A DNA stretch of 63,479 nucleotides, filler included, from Eubacteriales bacterium (lineage in GTDB: Bacteria; Bacillota; Clostridia; Oscillospirales; CAG-382), in the NCBI GenBank assembly GCA_045636665.1. It is 10 parts of 10 records of this genome, joined end to end, with 100 filler letters (N's around TTAATTAATTAA, not from the genome) between each part and the next. Parts side by side here need not be neighbours in the genome. Positions count along the whole stretch, not along the records: positions 1 to 24,041 come from JAZTXY010000047.1; positions 24,142 to 30,121 come from JAZTXY010000048.1; positions 30,222 to 32,966 come from JAZTXY010000049.1; 7 more parts are not named here. One strand, 5' to 3'. The position numbers were made by a program, and so were the translations under genes. A model generated the notes under the pieces. That model ran no database searches. It had not been told where the DNA came from and saw only the letters and a list, made by a program, of their open reading frames with translations. How positions within the stretch are numbered: position 1 is the stretch's first letter; every line of letters begins with the position of its first letter. Positions 20,661 to 30,395 of this stretch are shown here, one piece after another.

Positions 20661-21651
20661 CTTTTCCTTTTTCGTGCCCCATGCGGGATGCCCTAATTGC
20701 TGCGTTTTCTGTTCGCAAACGAAAATAACCGGCGTTGACAGCGATAAAAGCTTGGAGGAAGAAACCGCCCGGCTTCGTTTAATGCTCGAAAACGAATCGG
20801 GGGATTTCAAGGAAAGCCAAATCGCCTTTTTCGGCGGAAGCTTTACGGCAATAGAAAGAAAACGTATGGAAACGCTTCTTTCGGTCGCAAACGAATACAT
20901 AGATAAAGGCGTTGCCGAAAGCATCCGTATCTCGACCCGTCCCGATTGCATTAACGAGGAAATTTTAAATATCCTTGCCAAATACCGCGTTAAAAACATC
21001 GAGCTCGGTGTTCAAAGCACGTCGAATAAGGTGCTTGCTTCGTCAAGCAGAGGTCACAACGCGCTCCATTCGTTTGAGTCGGCAAAGCTGATTACCGAAA
21101 ACGGCTTCGTTTTCGGCGGACAGATGATGGTCGGATTGCCGAATTCAACGCTTGAAGACGAATTGCAAACCGCAAGGGATATCGTTAAAATGGGCGCGCG
21201 CGAAGCAAGGATATATCCAACCGTCGTGTTTGAGGATACCAAGCTTTGCGATATGGCGGAAAAGGGAGAATATAAACCGCTTACACTTGAGGATGCGGTC
21301 GAGCGTACCGCAAAATGCTATAAAATATTTCTCGATTCTGGCGTAAAGGTCTTGCGTATCGGTCTTCATGCCTCGGAGAATTTGAAAAACGCGCGTTATG
21401 GCGCAAACCATCCGTCGATAGGCGAATTGGTAAAAAGCTGTGTTTATACCGAAATCATTAGCGAAAAAGCGGGCGATTGCCACGGCAAAACACTTGAAGT
21501 GGGCATCCGAAAAAACGATATTTCGATGCTTACGGGACATAAAGGATACGCAATTGATCGGATAAAAAATCAAACGGGCGCTGTCGGCGTGGAAATTTAT
21601 CCAACCGATTCGGCACAGTTTGAACCCGAAACAAAAACAAGGAGTGTGTAA
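20644..21651 (+). CDS. Elp3-like radical SAM protein
   Basis: GCPNCCVFC CxxxCxxC motif, STRPD, IELGVQS; usual rnc-smc neighbour in Clostridia. Confidence 0.88.
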   Translation: MKNHRNFSFFVPHAGCPNCCVFCSQTKITGVDSDKSLEEETARLRLMLENESGDFKESQIAFFGGSFTAIERKRMETLLSVANEYIDKGVAESIRISTRPDCINEEILNILAKYRVKNIELGVQSTSNKVLASSSRGHNALHSFESAKLITENGFVFGGQMMVGLPNSTLEDELQTARDIVKMGAREARIYPTVVFEDTKLCDMAEKGEYKPLTLEDAVERTAKCYKIFLDSGVKVLRIGLHASENLKNARYGANHPSIGELVKSCVYTEIISEKAGDCHGKTLEVGIRKNDISMLTGHKGYAIDRIKNQTGAVGVEIYPTDSAQFEPETKTRSV

Positions 21652-21654
21652 AAA

Positions 21655-24041
21655 ATGCGCCTTAAAGCAATAGAGATGCACGGTTTTAAGTCATTTCCCG
21701 ACAAAACCCGAATAAGCTTCGATAGCGGCGTTACGGCAATAATCGGCCCTAACGGAAGCGGTAAATCGAACATTTCCGACGCAATACGTTGGGTTTTGGG
21801 CGAAATGAGTGCGAAATCGCTTCGCGGCAGCCGTATGGAGGACGTTATTTTCAACGGTACCGCATCGCGCACCGCCGCAAACTGCTCGTCGGTAACGCTT
21901 GTTATCGATACCGAGGAGGAATATAACCGCGCAAATCACATCACCATCGAAAACGAAGAAGCACAAGACGAGGATTCCGCAAAAAGCGGAGCTTATCGCC
22001 TTTCGGACAACGCCGAGGTTTCGGTAACGAGAAAGCTGTACCGAAGCGGTGAAAGTGAATATTACATAAACAAAAAACAGGTTCGTCTTAAGGACATCTA
22101 TGAGCTTTTCTATGATACGGGTATCGGCAGAGAGGGCTATTCGGTAATCGGTCAGGGTAAAATTGCCGAGGTTCTTTCGCAAAAGGATGACGAGCGACGC
22201 AGTATTTTCGAGGAAGCGGCGGGTATTTCAAAGATTCGCTATAAAAAGCTCGAGGCAGAGCGTAAATTGCGCGATACCGAAAACAACCTTGTCCGCGTTA
22301 ACGACATCCTTTCGGAAATTTCCTCGCGTATCGGTCCGCTTGCAAAGGAAGCCGAAAACGCAAAGCAGTATCTTGTTTTAAGCGAGGAAAAGAAGGGTAT
22401 CGAAATCACCCTTTGGCTCGATAGATTGGACCATCTCCGCAAGCGCCGTGTTGAATGCGAAACCGATTTTGCAAACGCAAAAATCGCGCTCGATACCGCC
22501 GAAAGGGAAGCGGCATCCTGCGATGAGGCAACCGACAGAATACTTAACGAAACCTATGAATTTTCGCGCATAATGAGCGAATGTGAGCGCGAAAAGACCG
22601 AGGCAGTACATAAAAAAGGCGAGGCAGAGGGTAAAAAAGCCGTCTGCACCAACGATATTGCCCACGCAGAGGAATCGGCAGGCGAAGCAAAAACGACGGT
22701 CGCCGTTGCAAACGAGGAATTGGCAGAGGTCGAAAAGAATACTGCCGAATGCGTTGCCTCAATGGAATTGCTTGAAGAAAAAACAAATTCCTTGTCTTCG
22801 GAAGCCGCAAAGGCGGAATCAGATTACGAAAATGCGCGCAATGCTTCGATTGCCGCAGATAAGGAAAGCGAAGCGGTATCGGCTCGTCTTGCAATCCTTA
22901 CGGTCGACCAAAGCAAATTAACCGCTCTTGAAGCGGCGAGAAACGCTTCTCTTGAAGCGGAGCGCCGCAATGCCGATGAAACGGCGATCCTTTTAACCGC
23001 CGCGCTCGGCAGAAAGAACGAGCTTTTGGCAGAGCTTGACGAAACCGAAAAGGCGATTGCCGAGATAAATAAGGCTATCAACGATACCGAAAATAAAATC
23101 GTTTCGCTTGATTACGAGCGCGCAGGCAAATTGCAATCGCTTCGTGCCGCAGGCGACGAAATAACCGCCGAAAAGATTGCCGTATCGGGCGAGGAGCAAC
23201 GCCGCGATCAGCTTATCCGTCTTGAAAACCTGTTAGAGGGCTATTCGGAAAGCGTAAAGCGAGTTATTAACGACTGCACCTCGGGTGAAATTAAAAACAA
23301 CGGTCAAAAAATCGGTCTTTACGGCACTGTTTCAAACATCATTTCTTCCGAAAACGAGCATATAATCGCTCTTGAAACCGCACTTGCGGCATCGGTTCAG
23401 TTTATCGTTGTCGAAAAGGAATCGGATGCAAAGGCTTGTATCCGCTATCTTAAGGAAAACAAATTGGGCCGCGCAACCTTCCTTCCGCTTGAAAGCGTAA
23501 ACGGCAAAAAATGCGACGTTTCGGCTATCAAGGATATGAAGGGCTATATCGGTATCGCATCCGAATTGGCAAAGTACGACAAAAAGTTCGAGGGTGTCGT
23601 TAACGACCTGCTCGGCAGAACCGTCGTTGCCGATAATATCGATTCCGCATCCGCAATCGCGCGTCAAAGCGGCTTTAAAATCAAAACGGTTACGCTTGAC
23701 GGTCAGATAATCAATGCCGGCGGTAGCTATACGGGCGGCTCCTCCGCCGTTAAGGTGGGCGTTTTCACCCGTGCGATGGATATAGAACGACTCGGTGAAA
23801 GCATCAAATCGCGTGAAGAAAAAATCAAAGCGCTCGAAATGAAGCGCGAAAAGATAAACGAGGAATGCTCGGAAGCAGACGGCGCGCTTGAGGCGTTGCG
23901 CGTTTCGCTTTCGGCATCGAACAGCAACAAAGCAAGTAAGGTAGCAATTTCCGATTCGTTAAAGCAACGTATCGATGAAGAGGATGCGCGTATCGCATCG
24001 CTTTCGTCGGGCGGTGAAATGCTTAAGAAGCTCGAAGAGGA
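21655..24041 (+). CDS. smc: Chromosome segregation protein SMC, truncated at contig end
   Basis: GFKSF, GPNGSGKSNI, FEEAAGI, hinge GRATFLPL and GGSYTGG. Confidence 0.96.
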
Positions 24042-24141
24042 NNNNNNNNNNNNNNNNNNNNNNNNNNNNNNNNNNNNNNNNNNNNTTAATTAATTAANNN
24101 NNNNNNNNNNNNNNNNNNNNNNNNNNNNNNNNNNNNNNNNN
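24042..24141. other. Artificial contig spacer; also at 30122-30221, 32967-33066, 36430-36529, 42349-42448, 45518-45617, 51167-51266, 54677-54776, 57993-58092
   Basis: Identical N runs around TTAATTAATTAA (stops in all six frames); genes are truncated at the spacers. Confidence 0.98.
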
Positions 24142-24243
24142 TGGGCATATTTCCTTACGGTAACAAACACCTTCTGCACCGGTCAAAGCATTTTGGTGGA
24201 CGGCGGTGAATCGATAAATTACAATTTCATTTGGAAAGAATAG
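24142..24243 (+). CDS. SDR family oxidoreductase, C-terminal fragment
   Basis: WAYFLTVTNTFCTGQSILVDGGE matches the SDR C-terminal TGQxxxVDGG motif. Confidence 0.7.
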   Translation, partial: WAYFLTVTNTFCTGQSILVDGGESINYNFIWKE

Positions 24244-24308
24244 GCGCACAGTTTTTTTGAAAAATACGATATTATAATCAAAGTGCATTAAAAAAGGACG
24301 TATTTGAT

Positions 24309-25361
24309 ATGCTTAATAATTTAACCACGAAAAAGAATATAAAATCATTTTCGATATCGCCCGAAAATTTAACGGGTGAAAAGGGCGGCGGTGGAAGAGC
24401 CGTTGTCGGCAGTGCTTCGGAGGCATCGCGCGAGCTTGGTGTCGGTTGGAAGGTAAACCCCTATTTAAGGGTCGAGCCGCACAGCAAAATAACGCTTGCG
24501 GATTATAAGGGTCAGGGCGCGATAAAGCATATTTGGATGACCGATTGCGCTTTTGCAAGCCGTCAGCTTATTTTAAGAATTTATTTCGACGGTCAGGAAA
24601 CGCCCAACGTCGAAGCTCCGCTTTCGGATTTCTTTTGCAACGCCGACTACAAGGAATTCAGACAGTTATCGAGCCTTGCGATGTGCATCAATCCCGCAAA
24701 GGGACTTAATTGCTATTTTGAAATGCCGTTTTTCAAAAGCTTCCGTGTTGAGCTTGAAAACCTCGGAGGAGAATGTAATATATATTACCAAATCGATTGC
24801 GAGGAAAAAAAGCTGTCGGAGGACACTTTGTATTTCCACGCGCAATTCCGCCGTGTGAATCCTCTGCCGTATATGCAGCCCTACGTTATTCTTGACAACG
24901 TCAAGGGCAAGGGACATTACGTCGGCACCTATTTGAATTGGGGTGTCAAAAGCAACGGCTGGTGGGGTGAGGGCGAAATTAAGTTCTATATCGACGGCGA
25001 CAGTGATTACCCCACGATTTGCGGTACGGGCACCGAGGATTATTTTTGCGGCGCTTACAATTTCGACGTAAACGGAAAATATCAGGAGTTTTGCACGCCT
25101 TATGCAGGTATGCATAAAATCAGCACGAACGACGATTTGTATCGCTCGCAAAGATATTTCAATCTCTACCGTTGGCATATCACCGACCCGATTTATTTCG
25201 ATAAGGATTTAAAGGTTACCATCCAAGCGCTCGGATGGAGAAGCGGCAACCGTTATTTGCCGTTGCAGGACGATATTTCCTCGGTCGCTTATTGGTATTC
25301 CGACAATTTAGAAGACGTTTATCCGAAATTCCCTTCGGTAAACGAATTGGAAATAATTTAA
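24309..25361 (+). CDS. DUF2961 / glycoside hydrolase family 172
   Basis: SPENLTGEKG, IKHIWMT, WWGEGEIKFYIDGD, GTGTEDYF, YRWHITDPI. Confidence 0.9.
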   Translation: MLNNLTTKKNIKSFSISPENLTGEKGGGGRAVVGSASEASRELGVGWKVNPYLRVEPHSKITLADYKGQGAIKHIWMTDCAFASRQLILRIYFDGQETPNVEAPLSDFFCNADYKEFRQLSSLAMCINPAKGLNCYFEMPFFKSFRVELENLGGECNIYYQIDCEEKKLSEDTLYFHAQFRRVNPLPYMQPYVILDNVKGKGHYVGTYLNWGVKSNGWWGEGEIKFYIDGDSDYPTICGTGTEDYFCGAYNFDVNGKYQEFCTPYAGMHKISTNDDLYRSQRYFNLYRWHITDPIYFDKDLKVTIQALGWRSGNRYLPLQDDISSVAYWYSDNLEDVYPKFPSVNELEII

Positions 25362-25368
25362 TAAAGCA

Positions 25369-25393
25369 AAAGGAGGAACGATGTTCCTCCTTT
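25369..25393. terminator. Bidirectional terminator
   Basis: AAGGAGGAAC-GAT-GTTCCTCCTT between convergent genes. Confidence 0.7.
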
Positions 25394-25404
25394 CTTATTA
25401 CTTA

Positions 25405-26382
25405 TTAAAAAATCGGCTTCGGGTATTCTTCCTTGTTGGATAATACAAGGTCGGTTATTTGCTCAAAACTCATCCATTCGACGCGGTCTTTTAGATGCTC
25501 GGCGATTCTTCTGCCAACCTCGTCCATAACGCGAAGTCCTGTGTAAAGACCGTTTGACATTAAGCTTTGCCAGTGAGTGATAAGAATGGGATAGCCTTCC
25601 GATTCGAGCACTCGAAGGATGTGTCCTTCCTTACCGTCTGCGGTGATAAGATTATCGGCGATTTCGTTTACATATTCATCGTCGCTTCTTGTCGTGTCGA
25701 TGGTTTGCCAAATATAATCGCGCGTTGTTGCAGGGATGGAAACCAAGGTTCTGCCATCCTCCTCACGGGCAACCCAGGGCTTTGCCTTGGGGCGGTCGCG
25801 CAGTCCGCGCAGGAAGAACCACGCCTTTTTACTGCCGGTGGCTTGTTCTACGGCAAGGGAGATTGAATGCTCATATTCGTCCTCAACCTCGATACCGAAA
25901 TCCCAAGGGGAGGTAACACCGATAGAATAAAGACCCGCATCGTTAACAAGCTTGACGGCTTTTTCGATATAGGGCACAAGCGTTTTGCGGTCTTGGGTGG
26001 ATGCCCAATCGCGTTCATTCATCGAAAGCGCTTCGCCCGTTTCCAAATCGACTGCCTTGTGGTGGGTAAGCATTTCGGGACCAACCGAAAATGCAGGCAT
26101 AACGCGTGTTTTAACGCAATCAAGCCAAGCGTCAAGGTCTTCTTTGGCAACGCCGTCGAGTCCGTTGACAATATCGCCCTTGTTGCCGGGCATAGGAACA
26201 ACACTGAATTTACCGCGGATGCCGTGTCTTTCTATAATGTCGCAAAAGGTATAAAGCGATTCGTTCGGGTAGGTGGGGATAAGCGGACGTCCGTCCTCGG
26301 TATGGCCTTTACGCGAATGCTCGTGATAAACCGAAATAATAGGAGCGGGGTCGTCGATGATCCAGCTTATAGGTGTTTTCAT
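25405..26382 (-). CDS. Hypothetical protein, possibly polysaccharide-deacetylase-like fold
   Basis: IIDD start, GKFSVVP, THH, SPW, THWQS pattern. Confidence 0.5.
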   Translation of the reverse strand: MKTPISWIIDDPAPIISVYHEHSRKGHTEDGRPLIPTYPNESLYTFCDIIERHGIRGKFSVVPMPGNKGDIVNGLDGVAKEDLDAWLDCVKTRVMPAFSVGPEMLTHHKAVDLETGEALSMNERDWASTQDRKTLVPYIEKAVKLVNDAGLYSIGVTSPWDFGIEVEDEYEHSISLAVEQATGSKKAWFFLRGLRDRPKAKPWVAREEDGRTLVSIPATTRDYIWQTIDTTRSDDEYVNEIADNLITADGKEGHILRVLESEGYPILITHWQSLMSNGLYTGLRVMDEVGRRIAEHLKDRVEWMSFEQITDLVLSNKEEYPKPIF

Positions 26383-26409
26383 ATTTAATCCTCCATACTC
26401 TTTTTTACT

Positions 26410-26438
26410 ATTTTATCACACAAAAGCGACCGTGTCAA
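26410..26438 (-). promoter_or_regulatory. sigmaA promoter
   Basis: TTGACA-17 nt-TAAAAT with TG extension. Confidence 0.7.
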
Positions 26439-26518
26439 CCGTTACCGTCGGTTGATAGGCATATTGCGGTATAACAAAAAACACACCCGAGCGTAAAAAC
26501 ACGTTCGGGTGCGTTAAG

Positions 26519-26716
26519 CTAATCGAATAATCGATCGATCGTTACCGAAAAAAGCTTTGCGATGTGCGGAAGCAGGGTAACGTCGGGGTAGGAGCGTTCC
26601 TGCTCCCATTTGGAAACGGCTTGGACGCTGACTTTAAGTGTAGCCGCAAGAGCGCGTTGTGTCAAGCCGCAGCCTAAGCGAAGATTTTTGATATTTTTGC
26701 CGATAGGCAGATTCAT
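26519..26716 (-). CDS. XRE family helix-turn-helix regulator (65 aa)
   Basis: IGKNIKNLR..LTQRALA..VSVQAVSKWE..YPD; GGAGG RBS. Confidence 0.92.
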   Translation of the reverse strand: MNLPIGKNIKNLRLGCGLTQRALAATLKVSVQAVSKWEQERSYPDVTLLPHIAKLFSVTIDRLFD

Positions 26717-26871
26717 ATTAGGTGCTTTCCTCCAAAAATGTTTACTGTGTGTGGAGTGCCGCACTTTTTTTGGTAACAGCCGTTACCGAACGTGACAGAA
26801 GCCGAGCCGCATTTTAAAACGCAGCTCGGTTCTGCTATTACTCGCATTGAGAGCTACCGTATTTTTTAAGC

Positions 26872-26937
26872 TTAACGGCAGCTGTTCGGGGCGAGCAATA
26901 CGACACTTGCTAAATGCAGTGCGCAACAAATAATCAT
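26872..26937 (-). CDS. Putative 21-aa leader peptide MIICCALHLASVVLLAPNSCR
   Basis: GAAAGGAGG RBS 8 nt before ATG, downstream of a consensus promoter. Confidence 0.5.
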   Translation of the reverse strand: MIICCALHLASVVLLAPNSCR

Positions 26938-27006
26938 ATACTGCCCCTCCTTTCAAAAAAATTTTATGTAACCCAAACGTCTGCAGTACGCCTTGGCTAC
27001 GCGTTT

Positions 27007-27059
27007 ATTTTAGCATTCGCAACGTTGCTTGTCAAGCGTTAAATATCTACCGTTGGTAG
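27007..27059 (-). promoter_or_regulatory. sigmaA promoter with upstream palindrome CTACC-GTT-GGTAG
   Basis: TTGACA (27030-35)-17 nt-TAAAAT (27007-12); palindrome at 27047-27059. Confidence 0.7.
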
Positions 27060-27066
27060 TAGTTGG

Positions 27067-28023
27067 TTATTCGATTTCGAGCGCAACGATTTGATTTGCA
27101 AAAAAGAATTTGCCGAAAATATATTTATCGGATGCGCTTTCGGTAAGGGTAATAACCTTGCCGTCGGTGAAATCAAGCCCTTCTGCCATTGCGGGGCCGC
27201 TGATTTGCTTAATGCAATCCTCAAGCAGATAAACCGATGCGCCGTCGAGAGTAAAGCCCGAATCCCTTGCATCGCTTTCTTTAAAGACGTAATATTCCGA
27301 ATCGGTAAGCCCGTAAGAGGTTGAAAATACAATATTTCCGCTGTCGGTAAGGCACATTCCCTGAACCTTGTCGGGAATGGAATATATCTTTTCGGGCTTT
27401 ATAAGGTCGGTGTGTGAATATTTCGACATAATCGCGTATTGAGTGCCGTTTTTCGTTTCGTAAGGGTGGTCGGTAACGTATGCGCCGCCGTCGTGAAATT
27501 CACCGACGTAAACGTGGGTATCGTCGGTAAATACGAAAGAAGCAGAATTGTTCACCTCTGCGCCGACGGTTACAGTTACCGAATCGCCGTCCTTGCTGTT
27601 TAATATGCTTTCGGCAGACGCAAAATATAGCTTGCTTCCGTTTGCGATATAAACTCGGTCACCCCAAACGGCGATACCGCCTGCGTGACCTGTGAAAGCT
27701 TCGCCGTTTTCAAAGGTAAGGCTCACGAAATATGAATTGCTTTCGTAATCGGTAACGTAAATACGGCTTGCGCTGTCATCCGTCATATAACCCGAAACGA
27801 AAATTTTGCCTTTATCCTCCAAGGCGCAAACGCCCTGACAAACGAACCCGTCGGAAAGACCGGGATTGTCGCAAAGGTCGCTTTTGATACCGTAATAATC
27901 GGAATAAATGAAAAACTTTGCGATATTCAAAACGCCCCAAACGAGAATTACAAGCGCAAGCAGGGAAGCAACGACGGTAAGCGCGATTTTACCGATTTTT
28001 TTAAGTAGTTTTTTTGATTTCAT
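27067..28023 (-). CDS. Membrane-anchored hypothetical protein, possibly beta-propeller
   Basis: N-terminal TM; repeated beta-rich motifs QGVC, HAGGIA, VQGM, AEGL. Confidence 0.6.
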   Translation of the reverse strand: MKSKKLLKKIGKIALTVVASLLALVILVWGVLNIAKFFIYSDYYGIKSDLCDNPGLSDGFVCQGVCALEDKGKIFVSGYMTDDSASRIYVTDYESNSYFVSLTFENGEAFTGHAGGIAVWGDRVYIANGSKLYFASAESILNSKDGDSVTVTVGAEVNNSASFVFTDDTHVYVGEFHDGGAYVTDHPYETKNGTQYAIMSKYSHTDLIKPEKIYSIPDKVQGMCLTDSGNIVFSTSYGLTDSEYYVFKESDARDSGFTLDGASVYLLEDCIKQISGPAMAEGLDFTDGKVITLTESASDKYIFGKFFFANQIVALEIE

Positions 28024-28207
28024 TTTTATTCTCCAAAGGATAATTTTCAAACTTTTTAAGCAGTATAGCACAAATGCACAAAAATGTCAAAGATTGCAGA
28101 AAAAATTTGAAAAATGTTTGAAATTCGTTAAAAGGTGTGATACAATATGCAGTAGTAAGAAAAATCAAAATTTTCTTAACAAAACAATATATTCTATGGG
28201 GGAAAAA

Positions 28208-29587
28208 ATGGACAAGAAACTCGTTTACGACATTCACGACAAACCGAAATTCGGTAAAATGATCATCTTTGCGTTGCAACAATTACTTGCGATTATGGCT
28301 GCAACAATCGCCGTTCCCGCAATTGTCGGCAATGGAATGTCCTCGTCTGCCGCACTGTTCGGCGCAGGCGTCGGTACAATCGTATATCAGCTTTTCACAA
28401 AATTCCGCAGCCCCGTTTTCCTCGGCTCGTCTTTTGCGTTTATCGGCTCGATGTCTGCAGCTTTCGCAGGCGCGGCTTCGGCATCGCTTGGTTATTTGGG
28501 TATTATTTTCGGTGCGATTTTTGCAGGACTTATTTACGTTGCTATCGCATTGATCGTTAAGCTTGTCGGCACAAAATGGATCGACAAGATTATGCCTGCC
28601 GTTGTTATCGGCCCGACCGTTGCGCTTATCGGTCTTTCGCTTGCAGGCGCCGCTATTAACGACGTATTCTCCTATGGCCCCAAGGAAAGCTTCGGTACTT
28701 CCTCTTACTTTATAATGGATTCTGCTTTGTGGGTATCCTTGGTTTGCGCAATCGTTACGTTCTTCGTTGTAATTCTTTGCTCTACGTTCGGCAAGAAAAT
28801 GTCCAAGCTTATACCCTTTATTATCGGTATTCTTGCAGGCTACGTTGTCGGTCTTATCTTCACCGGAATCGGTTATGCGACCGAAAACGACGCTTTGAAG
28901 ATAGTTGATTTTGCACCCTTTGCGGCTCTTACCGAAGGCGGTGTCGGACTCGCTACCTTCTTTGCGGTTCCCGAATTTTCGTTTATCGAAGCAATCGACG
29001 GTTTTAAGGAGCTCGACGGCTCTTATATCGCTACCGTAGCGGTTGCATATATTCCCGTTGCTTTGGTAGTATTCGCAGAACACCTTGCAGACCACAAAAA
29101 CCTTTCGAGTATTATCGACCGCGATCTTTTGAAGGAACCCGGTCTTTCGAGAACCCTTCTCGGCGACGGTGTCGGCTCTATCGCAGGCGCATTTTTCGGC
29201 GGATGCCCCAACACCACCTACGGTGAATCGGTCGGCTGTGTTGCTATTACAAGAAACGCGTCGGTTGCAACTATTACCGCTACCGCAATAATCGCAATGC
29301 TCGTTGCGTTCCTTTCTCCGTTCGTTGCATTCCTCGATTCGATTCCCGGATGCGTAATGGGCGGTGTCTGCATCACTCTTTACGGCTTTATCGCGGTTTC
29401 GGGTCTTAAGATGATTCAAAAGGTCGATCTTAACGATAACGCGAACCTCTTTACCGTATCTGCAATACTTATTCCCGGTATCGGCGGAATGTCTATGAAC
29501 ATAGGCGAGGTATATATCACCACTATCGCATGCGCACTTATTCTCGGTGTCGTTGTAAATGCTCTTCTTCACAAGAAAAAGGATTAA
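28208..29587 (+). CDS. uraA: Uracil/xanthine permease (NCS2)
   Basis: PVFLGSSFAF, PNTTYGES signature; upstream of upp. Confidence 0.88.
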   Translation: MDKKLVYDIHDKPKFGKMIIFALQQLLAIMAATIAVPAIVGNGMSSSAALFGAGVGTIVYQLFTKFRSPVFLGSSFAFIGSMSAAFAGAASASLGYLGIIFGAIFAGLIYVAIALIVKLVGTKWIDKIMPAVVIGPTVALIGLSLAGAAINDVFSYGPKESFGTSSYFIMDSALWVSLVCAIVTFFVVILCSTFGKKMSKLIPFIIGILAGYVVGLIFTGIGYATENDALKIVDFAPFAALTEGGVGLATFFAVPEFSFIEAIDGFKELDGSYIATVAVAYIPVALVVFAEHLADHKNLSSIIDRDLLKEPGLSRTLLGDGVGSIAGAFFGGCPNTTYGESVGCVAITRNASVATITATAIIAMLVAFLSPFVAFLDSIPGCVMGGVCITLYGFIAVSGLKMIQKVDLNDNANLFTVSAILIPGIGGMSMNIGEVYITTIACALILGVVVNALLHKKKD

Positions 29588-29596
29588 GAAATCAAA

Positions 29597-30121
29597 ATGA
29601 AAGACTATAAAAACGTAACAATATTCAATCACCCGTTGATCAACCATAAAATCGCGATTCTTCGTAACGAAAAAACAAGCATGAAGGAATTCCGCGAGCT
29701 CGTTGAAGAAATCACCACCCTTATGACCTTTGAATGTCTTCGCGAGGACGTTCCCACCGTTGAAATCGAAGTAAAAACCCCTCTCGAGGTTTGCAAACAG
29801 CAGGTAGTTAAGGATAATGCGATCGTTATCGTTCCCATCCTCCGCGCAGGCTTGGGTATGGTAAACGGTATTCACGTGCTTTTCCCGTCGGCAAGAGTAG
29901 GCCATATCGGCTTATACCGCGACGAAGAAACGCTTGAGCCCAAAGAATATTACTGCAAGCTTCCTCACGGCATCGAGGAAAAGCTTGTGCTTGTTGTCGA
30001 TCCCATGCTTGCGACCGGCGGCAGTGCTTGCGACGCTATTTACAAGCTTAAGCAACGCGGATGCAAGAACATTAAATTTATGGCGGTCATCGGCGCACCC
30101 GAGGGTGTAAGCCGCGTTGCG
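29597..30121 (+). CDS. upp: Uracil phosphoribosyltransferase, truncated at contig end
   Basis: HPLINHK, VPILRAGLGM, VDPMLATGGS. Confidence 0.96.
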
Positions 30122-30221
30122 NNNNNNNNNNNNNNNNNNNNNNNNNNNNNNNNNNNNNNNNNNNNTTAATTAATTAANNNNNNNNNNNNNNNNNNNNNNN
30201 NNNNNNNNNNNNNNNNNNNNN

Positions 30222-30374
30222 CCTGCAGGAACGACCTCTCCCTATTCGCTCTATTCCGAAAACCTCGTTACCTTTGACGAAAGCGATTACGACCAAAAGC
30301 AAGCCGAAGGCTTCATTAACCTTTGGGGTCTTCCCACCAAGGTTCAGGCGCTTCGCGAGCAGGGTAAGCTTTAA
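30222..30374 (+). CDS. argG: Argininosuccinate synthase, C-terminal fragment
   Basis: [32 protein letters not shown]; directly upstream of argH. Confidence 0.9.
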   Translation, partial: PAGTTSPYSLYSENLVTFDESDYDQKQAEGFINLWGLPTKVQALREQGKL

Positions 30375-30395
30375 TAAACTTAACGGAGAACTGTA

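Noticed and set aside
28147..28207. PyrR attenuator before uraA-upp
   Set aside because: The leader is short and AT-rich, with no PyrR-binding loop or terminator visible.
28283..29905. 540-aa minus-strand ORF
   Set aside because: Antisense shadow of uraA-upp; the upstream extension of uraA to 27908 is also spurious, as it overlaps the divergent gene.
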